A stretch of 64,000 nucleotides of DNA from contig CBDCXV010000010.1 in NCBI GenBank assembly GCA_965223905.1, forward strand, positions 1,952,001 through 2,016,000. The letters run 5' to 3'. A program made the position numbers and the translations under genes. The stretch is from Candidatus Latescibacterota bacterium (lineage in GTDB: Bacteria > Latescibacterota > UBA2968 > UBA8231). Below are positions 22,124-32,991 of the stretch, one piece after another (within the stretch, counting starts at the first letter, position 1; every line of letters starts with the position of its first letter). Under the pieces are notes generated by a model, which was not told where the DNA came from, did not search any database, and saw only the letters and a program-made list of their open reading frames with translations.

Positions 22124-23038
22124 ATGAAGAGGATTATCATCATAGCTGCCGTTCTGGGCCTCGTTCTCGCCACCTTCACGGCGAGTTCGGCCCACCTGCG
22201 GACAGACCGGAACTGGGCGGCGGTGGAGGTGCCCATCGGCGTCGATGGAATCAGGCCTGTCCAGATGGACGGTGATATCAGCGAGTGGGGCAACGTGCCG
22301 TCTGTCTTCTGGGTAACCCAGGATGACCTCATCGAGACCGTCAAGGGCTTAGGAGACCCGGATGCCGCCAATCTCGCCGAGCGCATCATATTCGGCTGGA
22401 GTCCAAAGACCAACCTTGTGTACTTCATGGAGGATAGGTTCGACGACTTCTGGTACGCAACCCAAGATGGCACCCACGAAACTGTCGAAATTGCGTTCGA
22501 TGCCGACCACAGCGGCGAAGTAGCGTACGTGGACGTGGCAAGTGAAGGACTGGATCCGGAACGATGGGAGGGGGCCACCGCGCAGAACATTCGCTACCAG
22601 CTCTTTAAGGGGGAAGGATCAGAAATTTGGTTATGGGGCGGCGGACAATGGGCTGCTGTAGAGCCTTATTCCGGCGTCAGATGGAGCGTCGACGGCGAGG
22701 CCGGTGGCGCCGCTTCCCTCCAAGTGGAGATGTGGTTCACCCCGTTCGACGACCTGCCTGCCAGTTCGACTGGTCCTGACGATCCCGACCTGATAGTGCA
22801 CACCCTGCGGGAAGGCGAGATCGTGGGCATCGGCTTCGCCGTTCAGGACGATGACAATGGCCCAGGCGGAGCGTACAACGGCTACTGGACCAACAGCGGT
22901 GACACCGAGCTCTACTTCAGAGCCACGTCCTTGGTAGACTACGCCCTACTCGGCTTCGACCGGAGCATCTGGGTGTCGGACCCGACCGCCGTCGAGGCAG
23001 ATGCCTGGGGCCGCATCAAAGCGAGCTTCTCCAACTAG
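22124..23038 (+). CDS. Secreted CBM9/DOMON-like sugar-binding protein with a short C-terminal TAVE..WGRIK tag
   Basis: Signal peptide; MDGDISEW, EIAFDADHSG, EMWFTPFD, IGFAVQDDD; similar to the 56238 protein. Confidence 0.6.
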   Translation: MKRIIIIAAVLGLVLATFTASSAHLRTDRNWAAVEVPIGVDGIRPVQMDGDISEWGNVPSVFWVTQDDLIETVKGLGDPDAANLAERIIFGWSPKTNLVYFMEDRFDDFWYATQDGTHETVEIAFDADHSGEVAYVDVASEGLDPERWEGATAQNIRYQLFKGEGSEIWLWGGGQWAAVEPYSGVRWSVDGEAGGAASLQVEMWFTPFDDLPASSTGPDDPDLIVHTLREGEIVGIGFAVQDDDNGPGGAYNGYWTNSGDTELYFRATSLVDYALLGFDRSIWVSDPTAVEADAWGRIKASFSN

Positions 23039-23079
23039 GGAGAAAGATCGGCTGTAAGGAGCCAAAACGGCTGTTGTTG

Positions 23080-23126
23080 AAGGGGGGCGAGATCGTCGTT
23101 GATCCTCCTCGCCCCCCCTTTTCTTT
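23080..23126 (+). terminator. Rho-independent terminator
   Basis: AAGGGGGGCGAG...CTCGCCCCCCC stem followed by TTTTCTTT; a second perfect 10-bp hairpin lies at 23181-23204 between the convergent genes. Confidence 0.65.
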
Positions 23127-23271
23127 GCCGGCGCCTAACGGCGCTTCCGACAATGAGCAGGGCGCAAGCGCCTCGAGATACAGATTCGCCTGGCGGCGAA
23201 TCTGCCAGAGTCCAGACAGATGGGTAAACGGACTGTAAGCTGACGAAGACGGACGAGGCGAGAGGCCCGGC

Positions 23272-24807
23272 TCACGCATTGGATGATGAGTTCGGCTTGG
23301 GCAACTCGATCCCGCTGATGTCTGGCGCCGCGGGATCGGGCTCGTACGGCACGAACTGGAACGCGTACAGGTCTGCGTCTCGCATCACAAACCGCAGTCG
23401 CACCGGCCTGGCCGACAGCGGTCGGACATCGCCGCCCACTTCCCTCCACCGCACGATGCAACGCAACGAATCGCAGAAGATGGACGGGCAATCGGCCAAA
23501 GCGTACCCCTTGATGGGTGTCCCTGCCGCGTCCTGAACCTCAACCTGGACTCCACCGGCGCCCGACGTCTCCACATTCAGCGCCAGATTGCCGCCTTGGA
23601 AGGTGATGGGCTTGGTCACGATCTCCCCGCCCGACAGAGGCGCGGTTGCCGACACAAAGCCATCCTGACGGAAGGTGTATCGCCGGACGCTGTTGGAGAT
23701 GCCCTCCCAGTAGCCCTCGCACGCGTACATCGAGATCTCCCTGGGTGCGTCCTCGGTGGCTGACGGCGTCTCGACCATTCCCCAGAACACGTAGTTGTCC
23801 CCGTAGACCCAGCTTTCCCGCAGCCGCGGCCCCGGGCGGATGAGCGCTTCGGGCCAGCGCTTGAAGCTGAGTCCGTCGCGACTGGTCATAAACAGAGCGT
23901 CAGTGATGGCCGCGCCGCGCCGCTCATGGGCTTTGGCCCGCGCCAGTCGCTCGTCCAGACCGGGCACCTCGTAGAGCGGATCGGACCACTCGCGCTTTGT
24001 GTAGCGCGCCGGGAAGCCCATGAAGATGTGCGGCGCGCGGTAATACGGGACGATCTGGTTGTTGTACAGTTGCTCTATGGGAGCGTCAGGATACGAGAGC
24101 CATCTCGGCTCTGGGAAGTGCAGAGGGTCGGGTGACGTGGCCGTCATGATGTCGCGAACGCCCTCTCTGACGCCACGGTGATACTCCCGATACTCTCGTC
24201 GCACGGGATCCCAGAACATCAGGTTCTGGGAATCGAACGTTCCCTGTGTGATCGCAGGCTGTTCGCCCATCAGTGAGAAGTGGAAGCCGTCACTGGACTT
24301 CAGCAGGTACAACCCCTTGGACTCGTTGCCGGCCATCACGATCTTAAATCTCGCGTCCGGAGGACAGTCGGGATTATCATCCCTAAAGACGGCTGTGTGC
24401 GCAGGATCGCCGCCAACTTTGGCGACGGCATCCGGCGTTAGGACGATGTTGTTGGCCTTGGACCCCGCGAACTCGAACAGGCCCAGTTCGGGCCGACGCC
24501 AGTGGATGCCGTCCTCGCTCTCGATGACGCATAGCCACGCGGGATGATCGTCCAAGGCTTGGGCCGGCTCCCCGCCGTTCCGGTAGTGAAGGCCATGGTA
24601 ATAGATGCGATGGCGTCCGCCGTCGCTGACGATGGATGGGTAGCCACAGGCATTCCCTTCCCAACGCGCATTGGTCTCGAACACGATCTCCCGGCGTACC
24701 GGATGGTGAAGGTTCAGCCGCGCTCCGCCGGCCAGGGACTGGATGAGATGCTCGTCCACCATGAGTTCCAGTCTCGAGCCGATGTTCACTGTCTCCTGTG
24801 CTGACAT
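23272..24807 (-). CDS. GH32/GH-J-like beta-propeller glycosidase-like protein
   Basis: IGSRLELMVD, ESEDGIHW.RP.LG, FDSQN..FWD, SRDG, RQDGFVS...LNVETSGAG motifs. Confidence 0.75.
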   Translation of the reverse strand: MSAQETVNIGSRLELMVDEHLIQSLAGGARLNLHHPVRREIVFETNARWEGNACGYPSIVSDGGRHRIYYHGLHYRNGGEPAQALDDHPAWLCVIESEDGIHWRRPELGLFEFAGSKANNIVLTPDAVAKVGGDPAHTAVFRDDNPDCPPDARFKIVMAGNESKGLYLLKSSDGFHFSLMGEQPAITQGTFDSQNLMFWDPVRREYREYHRGVREGVRDIMTATSPDPLHFPEPRWLSYPDAPIEQLYNNQIVPYYRAPHIFMGFPARYTKREWSDPLYEVPGLDERLARAKAHERRGAAITDALFMTSRDGLSFKRWPEALIRPGPRLRESWVYGDNYVFWGMVETPSATEDAPREISMYACEGYWEGISNSVRRYTFRQDGFVSATAPLSGGEIVTKPITFQGGNLALNVETSGAGGVQVEVQDAAGTPIKGYALADCPSIFCDSLRCIVRWREVGGDVRPLSARPVRLRFVMRDADLYAFQFVPYEPDPAAPDISGIELPKPNSSSNA

Positions 24808-24892
24808 GAGCAAGATCTCCGACTGGTGAGGGATGGCTTCCCTGTGTTCCTTCTGTCGCGCGCAGGCGCTGTGAACGTACGAGGAATCATGA

Positions 24893-25042
24893 AGTGTATG
24901 TCGGCTGGGAGATGCTGTCGAGTCAGAAATTTGAGGCTGGACTGAGGGGCCGATGGGTGCAGCGGCACGATCGGGCGTGTATTACCCGTGCGCGGAGGGT
25001 CGATGTATCGGTTTCTGGCCGTTTTACGGACAAGACCCGATG
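24893..25042. repeat. 150-bp element, copy B (inverted relative to 17844-17993)
   Basis: Reverse complement of 17844-17993. Confidence 0.9.
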
Positions 25043-25074
25043 ATCCAGGCGCACCGATCCCGCCTCCGCGAGTC

Positions 25075-25247
25075 AACGTCCGACAACTCGCTCCACAGCC
25101 TGCCACGCTAATCGCACCGCATCCCGCCTGTATCTTGTTCCTCCCCCGACAGTTGCATATTTTCATTGATCATAGTGCGTTTGGCAGCATCAATCAACCA
25201 TCCTCGCGCAGCCGGCCTTGCCTGGACATTCACAATCCGACGGGAGC
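25075..25247 (+). repeat. Inverted duplicate of the promoter/leader region 43171-43339
   Basis: 86 bp identical (25075-25160), a diverged middle, then 28 bp identical GCCTGGACATTCACAATCCGACGGGAGC. Confidence 0.9.
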
Positions 25248-25249
25248 CT

Positions 25250-26864
25250 GTTCTCGTGGATTGATACCTCTGACTCGTAGCGGCTGCGCAGTTCTTCCAT
25301 GTACTCGTTGAACGCGTCCCGGTGTCTCCGGCGTCTGGAGCTGAGATCTGACCCTCATCTCAGCTTCGGCGAAGGTCTCGCGCTCCTCAACCGGCCCGGT
25401 GAGCTCGCCGATGTCGGCCTCGACCGCGGCTTCCACGAAACCGCCGAACTGGGGCGATTCGTGATGGTGCACGTGGAACCGACCCTCGTCATCACGCACC
25501 TCGAGCGATCGAATCGAATGTCTCTTCGCCAGGTCGCCAAAGGCGGCGCCGTCTTCGATCATCCCTTTCAAGCGTAGTGCCTCTATTCTGTTCTCACGAG
25601 GATCTCCTGCACCTCGGTCTGTTCGAGATGCAGGAATCTCTCAGCGTTGGCCTCGTAGTACTGGACCAGGTCGTCTTCGGTGATAGACACTCTCTCCATC
25701 AAACACGGAGGCCCTGAGGCCTTTGGCCAACTCCTGCTTCCCTTGCTCTTCGAGCCATTGGACCAGCTTCTCTTCGCGATCGATCCCCAGGCGCACAGCC
25801 GCCTCTTGAATCATCATGTCCGGGACGATGTACTGCTCGGCGAAGGAGACCACCTGCTCAGCGTCGCGGAGTGTCTCCAGAACATTGCCCTTGCGGCTTT
25901 TGGCCGCGGCGATGAGGTCGGCAGCTGTGATCTCTCCGCCGTCGTACTGGTAGAGGACGATCGCAGATGGGTCATGGCCGACGGCCGCCTCACCGGTGCG
26001 CAGTGCCTCGACTGCAGCGGCTATGCCGTCTCGGACCGGCTCGAGGCGGTATTTGTCCCTCAATTCCGCCACCAGCTCGGCCTTCGCGATTCCGCGCTTC
26101 TTTCGTTCGAGTTCTTCAGCGATTCTCATCCGCTGCCGCGGATTGAGCTGAGCGGTCGTCTCATCGAGGATCTTGAAGACGGCGTATCGGTCACCGATTC
26201 GAATCGGATCCGACACCGAGCCTACCGCGAGCCCGAACAGCTTGTCGGCGAGGACGGGAATCATCTCGTCCCTGGTGATGAACCGGCCTATGTCCCCGCC
26301 CCGGGCAGCGGTCTCTTCGTTCATCGACAGCTTCCTCGCGACGTCCGCGAAGCTCGCCCCTCCCTCGATCTCCCTCGCGGCCTTCTCTGCCGTCTCGAGG
26401 TCGGCGACCATGATGTCGCCCAGTCTGACAGCGCGGGCGAGCCCCTCCCGGTCTATGAACTGTTCTACTTCACTGTCTTCTACCGTTGCGTCGATCGTTC
26501 TTCGCTCGTACTCACTGACGAGCTTCGCCTTCCTGATCCGGATCATCCTGGTCAGGTAGGCGGAACTCCTCTCGTGGCCTTGGCTTCGGGCTTCCATCAG
26601 CAGCAGTTCCATGTCGATCATGGTCTGCAGATGGTCTCTCACCTGCTCCTTCCCGGCCTCTTCGCCCTTGGCATGCTCGGGCAATCTGTCGATGAAATCC
26701 CGCACGTCCTGGGCTGTGATCGCCCTGTCCCCGACCTGGGCGACGGTCGGATTCTCCTCGTGCGACGCGCAGCCCGTGTATGACAAAAGGAGGGTCAATG
26801 TCAAGCTGCCCGCTTTCGTCACTGGCCTCCCGTAGGAGAGACAAAAATTCAAGCTCGCGATCAT
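25250..26864 (-). pseudogene. PpiC/SurA-PrsA-type peptidyl-prolyl isomerase lipoprotein (two parvulin domains), C-terminal half frameshifted
   Basis: Lipobox-like YTGC; VAQVGDRAIT; GASFADVARKLS..TAARGGDIG; second domain GAAFGDLAKRHS..GELTGPV in shifted frames (~25700, ~25585, ~25330). Confidence 0.75.
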
Positions 26865-26881
26865 CCCGTATGATGCTCCTG

Positions 26882-29593
26882 CTAATCAAGACCGGCGTAT
26901 ACCGCGGCAAAGGCCACTCTGCCCGTCTCGGTCTCGTCATCTATCGATCTTCTGGTCAATCTCATACCCATTTTGGTCACCAGGCGGTAACCCAGGTAGC
27001 TGGTGTTGTTCGTGAACTGGAGCGCTCCGACGATTTCGGTGAAATCGTCTACCAGTCCCTCCCTGACCGCCGTCTCGGATTTGCGCAGCTGGTTGAAGAT
27101 CGAGTACTCGACACCGGCCTGGACGGAGGAGGAGGCGAACAGCGGCCATCGCGCCAGCAGGGAGAGCCGCACCGTGTCTTCCCTGCGCTTGGCATGGAAT
27201 CTGCCCGGCGGAGACTCGAGCCTGAGCTCGTTCTTTATTCTCGGCATGAGATCGACACGGGCCACCTTGCGTTCGAGGTCCACCTTGTTGATGAGACCGA
27301 AGAAGGTGTAGTTCTCCCGCAGATCGGGCTGTCGTTGGTTTTGGTGCCAGCGATCGTATTTGAGTTTACTCACGAAATTCACATCCTCGATCGCCGTGTA
27401 CTTGAAGCTCATGAACGTGGAGTTTATCCACGTGTCGCGAGCCGCCAGGGGATCGCCGGTTGGAAGGTTCCGCCGCTCGATCTCGCTCCACTGGCGAAGA
27501 CCGTTCGGTATGGTGTCCTTGGCGATTCTGATGTTCTCGAAGACCTTCAGCCTTCCGAGACCCGGGTAGTCCTGTTCCAGGACGAAGAGCATGTAGTGGG
27601 TCTTGTTTTCCCCCTCGCCGGCGATCAACTTCTCATCCGTTCGTCCGACGGTGAGCCTGATGCTGGGAAGCACGTTGACACCGCCGTAGATGTTGTATCC
27701 CTCGTGGTCCCTGGGGTAGGGGAAATCCGGTTCATCGTCGTTTTCGAACCGATCCACCCAGAGGTTGTTGTTCATGTCAATGCCGAACAGGTATTCCGGC
27801 CTGTCGGTTCCGTATCTCAAGAACGGCTCGTCGTAGTCCGGGAGGAGATTGCGAAGGTCCCTGGTGTCGTTCTGGTTGAAATCGGATATGAAGTCGAGGT
27901 TTTCGTCGTACCCGGGAAACACCTCGATGTCTATGTCTTGGAATATCCTCTGCCAGTCGGGGAACCTGTCCTGATCGTCGTTGTCGTCGACGAGCTCGTA
28001 GAAGAATCTGCCCTTGTCCGAGTAGTCTATGTTGGTTTCGCCCCTAGCCATTATGACGGAGGTGTTGTAGTTGTGGGCCATGCTGTAGGCTTCGCCGAAG
28101 AAGAAGAACGGATGGGCGATCTTCGACATATTCAACATCCAGCCATCGCCTTCGTCAGAGGTCCCCAGGTGCTTTGTGTGCGCCCTGTTGGGGTACTTCC
28201 TGTAGCTCACGCTGCGGTCCCATTCTCCGTAGAGGTCGAATCCCCAGAGGCGGGTCGCTTCCAGTGTGACCCCGAATATTTCGGTGGCCGTCGGCAGACC
28301 ATACGGGATCTTGAGGACGGTCAGGTTGGAGCCATCCTTGACGTTTTCATCGGCCCTGGCAGCCAGCAGGTAGACGTTGGCCAAATCCCTGTCGAACTGG
28401 CGGTTCGAGGTCATCTCGATTCTGTAGTCGTTGGCGACTACCAGCTCGACTGTCACCATTCTTATCTCTGACGGATCCGGGCCGGTGTACGTCCCCACCG
28501 AGAAGTCGTAGACCAGCTCGATCTGCTCGGAGCCGCTCGCCTCCCAGAACCCCAGCTGCTGAAAGCCGCCCCGGGGCGCGGGAATCAGCCCGACTTCGCT
28601 GGCCCGGACAACCTCTCTCTCGAAACTCACATCCCCCGCTTCATCGATCGTTTCGACGTCGGCCTCTATGATCATGTCCCACGCGAACAGATAGGTACCG
28701 CCTTCGTTGTCCCCTGGCGAGTCGTCCGAGAGTCGCACGAAGACCCGGGTGACGTTCTCCGCGTTCTGACTGGAGACGATCGAACCGCTTCGCGGGCTGT
28801 CCTCGAAGGCGTCGAGGAGCTGAGAGGAGTTGTGGGCGCTCACGTAGTTGGCGCCGAGTTTGAGATAATCTCCAACCTGGGCCGTCGCGCGCCCGCCGGT
28901 CAGGGTCGTCGAGCTCGTCCTCTGGTTAACAGTGGGGCTTCGCGGGCCGGCGCCTCCGGGCGAACCGACTCGGGAAAGGAGCGCCGTGACCTCGTACTTG
29001 TCGGACTGATAGTCGATCTGGATGCCGTCGAACGCCGGCTTCGAGAAGGACATCGGAGTCAGGGTCGATCGGATCTGATCGCCTATGGAGATGGCCAGAT
29101 TGTGCTGTCCCTTCTGATCGGAGGCTACGACCAGATTGCTGAAGAAACTGTTGAACCGTTTGGTCTTGAACAGGTTGCTTCCCCCCTGCTGGGGCTGGGT
29201 CTGGCTCCAGTCGTAGACCAGCCATCCTCTGGTGATGTACGAACCGTAGATGTCGTAGAAGTAGTCCCCCTCGAGATTGGTCGTTACATAGCGAGTGTAG
29301 TGATCTCTCGCGTAGTTGCTGTACTCCCACTGCTTCCACTGATATTCGCGAAACAGCTCCTGTGGGACGTACCACTTCCTGACCGCGGGGTCTAGAGCGC
29401 CGAACAGGACGCCGGGCCCCGTCGGTTCGAACGTGAGCTCGCCGCCGCGGCGAACCCCCGTTATCCGATCTCGATCGGGACCCTGGGCTTCCGAGCGAGT
29501 ACTGTACAGCAGGATCGCCGAGACGATGGTGCACCATATGGCCAGCGAACCGACCAGGCGCATCGCGGCTCTGATTGTATGACCGGTCACCAT
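26882..29593 (-). CDS. ~900-aa secreted, probable outer-membrane beta-barrel protein with Asp-rich Ca-binding-like loops
   Basis: Signal peptide and RBS AGGAGG; alternating amphipathic beta-strand pattern (FDGIQIDY, LGANYVS, VQAGVEYS) and C-terminal VAFAAVYAGLD; VDDNDDQDRFPD and DMNNNLWVD loops. Confidence 0.55.
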   Translation of the reverse strand: MVTGHTIRAAMRLVGSLAIWCTIVSAILLYSTRSEAQGPDRDRITGVRRGGELTFEPTGPGVLFGALDPAVRKWYVPQELFREYQWKQWEYSNYARDHYTRYVTTNLEGDYFYDIYGSYITRGWLVYDWSQTQPQQGGSNLFKTKRFNSFFSNLVVASDQKGQHNLAISIGDQIRSTLTPMSFSKPAFDGIQIDYQSDKYEVTALLSRVGSPGGAGPRSPTVNQRTSSTTLTGGRATAQVGDYLKLGANYVSAHNSSQLLDAFEDSPRSGSIVSSQNAENVTRVFVRLSDDSPGDNEGGTYLFAWDMIIEADVETIDEAGDVSFEREVVRASEVGLIPAPRGGFQQLGFWEASGSEQIELVYDFSVGTYTGPDPSEIRMVTVELVVANDYRIEMTSNRQFDRDLANVYLLAARADENVKDGSNLTVLKIPYGLPTATEIFGVTLEATRLWGFDLYGEWDRSVSYRKYPNRAHTKHLGTSDEGDGWMLNMSKIAHPFFFFGEAYSMAHNYNTSVIMARGETNIDYSDKGRFFYELVDDNDDQDRFPDWQRIFQDIDIEVFPGYDENLDFISDFNQNDTRDLRNLLPDYDEPFLRYGTDRPEYLFGIDMNNNLWVDRFENDDEPDFPYPRDHEGYNIYGGVNVLPSIRLTVGRTDEKLIAGEGENKTHYMLFVLEQDYPGLGRLKVFENIRIAKDTIPNGLRQWSEIERRNLPTGDPLAARDTWINSTFMSFKYTAIEDVNFVSKLKYDRWHQNQRQPDLRENYTFFGLINKVDLERKVARVDLMPRIKNELRLESPPGRFHAKRREDTVRLSLLARWPLFASSSVQAGVEYSIFNQLRKSETAVREGLVDDFTEIVGALQFTNNTSYLGYRLVTKMGMRLTRRSIDDETETGRVAFAAVYAGLD

Positions 29594-29629
29594 GTGACTC
29601 CCTCCTACCTTTCGAGTAATTGCGAACAA

Positions 29630-31360
29630 TCAATAGACCAAAGGCACGATCGCAGTCTTGCTCTCCTTACCTGTATCTGCAGCGACTTCCACGCGCACGA
29701 GGTAGACTCCCGGCGATAGCATTTGTCCGTTGTCGTCCGCGCCGTCCCAGACTCTCTGATATCTTCCACTGATGTCGAGGTCGGAGTAGATCACCCTTCT
29801 GAGGCTGCCGGCGAGGTCGTAGACTTGTACCGACACCGGAGTACCGCCTGTCAGGTAAGCGATGTCGTAAGTGACAATGGCTTGGTCGTTAACTCCATCG
29901 CCATTGGGCGTAAACGGAGCCGGGGCAACCTCGAGGAGGTGGATAAGATTCTCAGCGATCAGGACCGTGACGGAAAGGTCATCTCCGCTGGCGAGGGGAT
30001 CTGAAGCCGCATCTCCGGCGACGATCAATTGAGGCAGATCCTGCTCCCTCAAACTGTTGAAGACCTTACCGGCGAATACAGTGTTGTACTGCAGCGCTAT
30101 GCTCTCGAATACCACTGTGAGGGTCCTGTCTCCTCTGATCGCGGGAAAACTTACCTGAACACCGCCTTCGATGTCTGTTTTTTCCCACTCGACATCGTCT
30201 CCGTCGATCTGTACCGAGCGGATCACATCCACCGGTGCCTGAGTCTCAATTTCGAGTCGATCGAACCCGCGACTGTTGAAGCTCTTGACGGTGTAGGTCA
30301 ACTCGGTGTTGCGCCCGACCGTGGCTCTCTGCGGCCATATCTCTCCCAGCAGCGAATCGGCCAGCGCTGGCGAGACCTCCACGGCGATCGAATCGACCGT
30401 CGCTGCCGAAAGGATGTCGCTGTTCTGGAACAGAACGCGAAACTGCCAGTACTGGCGGGGTGCAGGTGATACGATCTGTGTACGCACTCCGGCCGGATAG
30501 GGAGGAGACCATCCGCTCCACTCCAGGCTATCGCTCGGGTCCGGCGTGCTGCCACTTCGGGTGGATACGGTAGCAGATACCTTGGTAGGCTCTCCTATCG
30601 TCTCCTTTGCCCACGTTATGCCGCCGAAGACGGCGGGCCGATCCTCATCGAACACATTCGAAGTGTACGCAGCAGCAGATGCGAAACCTTCGCCGAAGAT
30701 CTGAAACTCGTCGATCTCCCATGCCCCCCGTACTTCCTGCTGCACCTGTATGTAACGCACGAACTGCAGCGGCACGTCTATGTCGACGACCGGGTCGCGA
30801 TTGCGTTCGACTGTCCTGAAGAGTCTGAAATCGGGATTTCCGGCCTCGGTCGTCTGCTCCTCGCTGCCGTCGTTCAGCCACACTTTGTAACCCCTCAGGA
30901 AGAACTCCTCGAACCCCTGGCGGGGGAAAAATCTGATCCTGTTGACTCCAAAACTCTCGCCCAGATCAAACCTGAATCGGACCCCTGTGGCCCTCGGGAG
31001 CTTGACTTCGAAGGCCGTGCTCTCGTTGTCCGCCATCTTGTTCAGCAAGGCAGGCAACTCAATCGGCTTGACTCCGAGAACGATGTGCGCATTCTGCGAC
31101 GTTATTTCCCCCTCCTGTTTGATCACCTTCAGGGAAATATTGTCTTCAGGATCGTTCTGTGAAGGTTGAATGGAACCGGGATTGGTTTCGAAATCGATGA
31201 TCGTTGTCTCGTTCTCGGAATACTCCTGATCCCAGGCGCGGGAACCCGGGCCACCTCCGAAGACGATCGTCTCTCCATTGCCTGTCGCCGCAAGTCCGAG
31301 GAGAACGATAGACAGAACGGGCAGGGCCACAGTTCTATGAGGTGATGTCCCGATTGTCAT
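29630..31360 (-). CDS. Secreted discoidin-like + FlgD-Ig C-terminal domain protein (FTPNGDGVND)
   Basis: Signal peptide; FDLG..FGVNRIRFFPR; WSGWSPPY..SPAPRQY; APFTPNGDGVND...VYDLAG..WDG.D..G...PGVYL. Confidence 0.75.
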   Translation of the reverse strand: MTIGTSPHRTVALPVLSIVLLGLAATGNGETIVFGGGPGSRAWDQEYSENETTIIDFETNPGSIQPSQNDPEDNISLKVIKQEGEITSQNAHIVLGVKPIELPALLNKMADNESTAFEVKLPRATGVRFRFDLGESFGVNRIRFFPRQGFEEFFLRGYKVWLNDGSEEQTTEAGNPDFRLFRTVERNRDPVVDIDVPLQFVRYIQVQQEVRGAWEIDEFQIFGEGFASAAAYTSNVFDEDRPAVFGGITWAKETIGEPTKVSATVSTRSGSTPDPSDSLEWSGWSPPYPAGVRTQIVSPAPRQYWQFRVLFQNSDILSAATVDSIAVEVSPALADSLLGEIWPQRATVGRNTELTYTVKSFNSRGFDRLEIETQAPVDVIRSVQIDGDDVEWEKTDIEGGVQVSFPAIRGDRTLTVVFESIALQYNTVFAGKVFNSLREQDLPQLIVAGDAASDPLASGDDLSVTVLIAENLIHLLEVAPAPFTPNGDGVNDQAIVTYDIAYLTGGTPVSVQVYDLAGSLRRVIYSDLDISGRYQRVWDGADDNGQMLSPGVYLVRVEVAADTGKESKTAIVPLVY

Positions 31361-31387
31361 TGCTAAGCACTGGCTCCTGTCAGTAGG

Positions 31388-32365
31388 CGACGTGCACCAA
31401 TCGATGGACCGAGGTGTTCTTCTTGGATGTCGAATGCACATCCAGGTCGATGCGCATCAGATAGATCCCCGGTGGCACGATCGCTCCCGACTGATCAACT
31501 CCCGTCCACGCCACCGTATGACGACCCGCCGTTATGGTCTCCTCAGTTATCCGCGCCACCAGCCGGCCGCTCAGATCGTACACTTCCACCTGAACCGGCG
31601 TCGAAGCAAGCACCCGCATCAGCGAAAAACTGACCTCCAGCTCGTCGTTGATGCCGTCGCCATTGGGCGTGAACCCGCTATCGACCTGCAGATCCCCCAG
31701 CAGCTCGCCGCGCTCCAGCGCCAACACCACCGTCGTCTCGCTGTCCACAACCCCGTTGGCATCGCCGTCATCCGCCCGCTGCCACGAGTTCTCGAACTCC
31801 GAGTGCCCCAGGGAGCCGATGAAAAACGTGTTGTACACGAATATGGTCGCCTCGAACTGAAGCTCCACCAGCGCTGATCCACTCGTCGTCTTGATCGCAG
31901 CCGGCAGACGCACCCACAGCGAATCCGTCTCCATCACCACCTCGAACCCCTCGCTCTCCGCCGTATACGTACGGCTTCCTGCCCCGTCACGTCTACACTC
32001 ACCTGTTGCAGCGTCATGTCGACGCCGTCGGGCGCCTCGATGAGGATCTCGTCGAACCCCCTGCTGCCCGACTCGAAGGTCGAGCGGATGAAATACGACA
32101 ACCCCCCCGAAGAACGTACTGTCCGATTTCCAGGCCGCGCGCGCCTCCTCTTCGGTGCCCGGGTATTCATCCCCGTTCTTCTTGTAGTAGCGGGTTGTGC
32201 GCTCGACCGTATCGCCGGTTCGGGTTTGTAAGATGAGATTCGTACCCGGCGGCACGTCGGCCTCCCACTCGATGGAAGCCAGGTTCTGAGGGGTCTCCGC
32301 CAGCTCTATGAACGGGGACTCCCCTCCGAACTCAGACGAGATCTGCGACTCCGCCAGGAACCCTT
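31388..32365. repeat. Near-identical direct repeat of 38424-39667 (3' part of the paralog pair, apart from the deletion)
   Basis: Only a few SNPs/indels by eye; ~37960-38305 is likewise near-identical to ~40665-41020. Confidence 0.9.
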
Positions 32366-32991
32366 CCCCGAAAAACTGGAGCTCCGACAGCCCGTGGCTC
32401 CCTTGCCCTGGCTCGAACTCGGAGTAGTGGGTGAGCCTGTAGGTGAAGGCAAAATGCTTGACCTTCGTGAGCGGGAATTTGAAGTCGTGGTAATTTTGCC
32501 CCCACACGATGTCGCTGAGCGACCCTACCGTCTTCCAGGCCAGTTCGCCGCCGGCATTGGTGGAGCCGTCCGAGAGCTGAATTCGGTAGGCTCTGAACGG
32601 GCCTGGGGGCTGGAGGGCCGTGAGTACCCTGATATTGTCCAAAAAGTAGGAGCCTCCAAGATCTATGAACAACGAGCGCTCTGCATCCGGCGGAGCCGAA
32701 ATCGGCAACCTGTCGGGATCGTACGATCCCTGGGCAGACCAGAACAACACCTCGCCGAAGAGGTCCCCATCTACCACGGCCCCTGCCTGGTCGTTATTCT
32801 CCCAGCCGGTCACGCTGCCGCCCCGCTCCAGTACTTCCGTGCCGATATTGTCGCCGATGGCCCAGACCTCGATCTCGGCCAGCCTGGGCTGATCAGCGAC
32901 AATTATTTCTCCCGCCTGACGACAAGTAGAATTCCCGGATTTCCGCGTCGGCAGTATCCTATTCTAACCCCCTGTAAACACTGGAGGTTAA

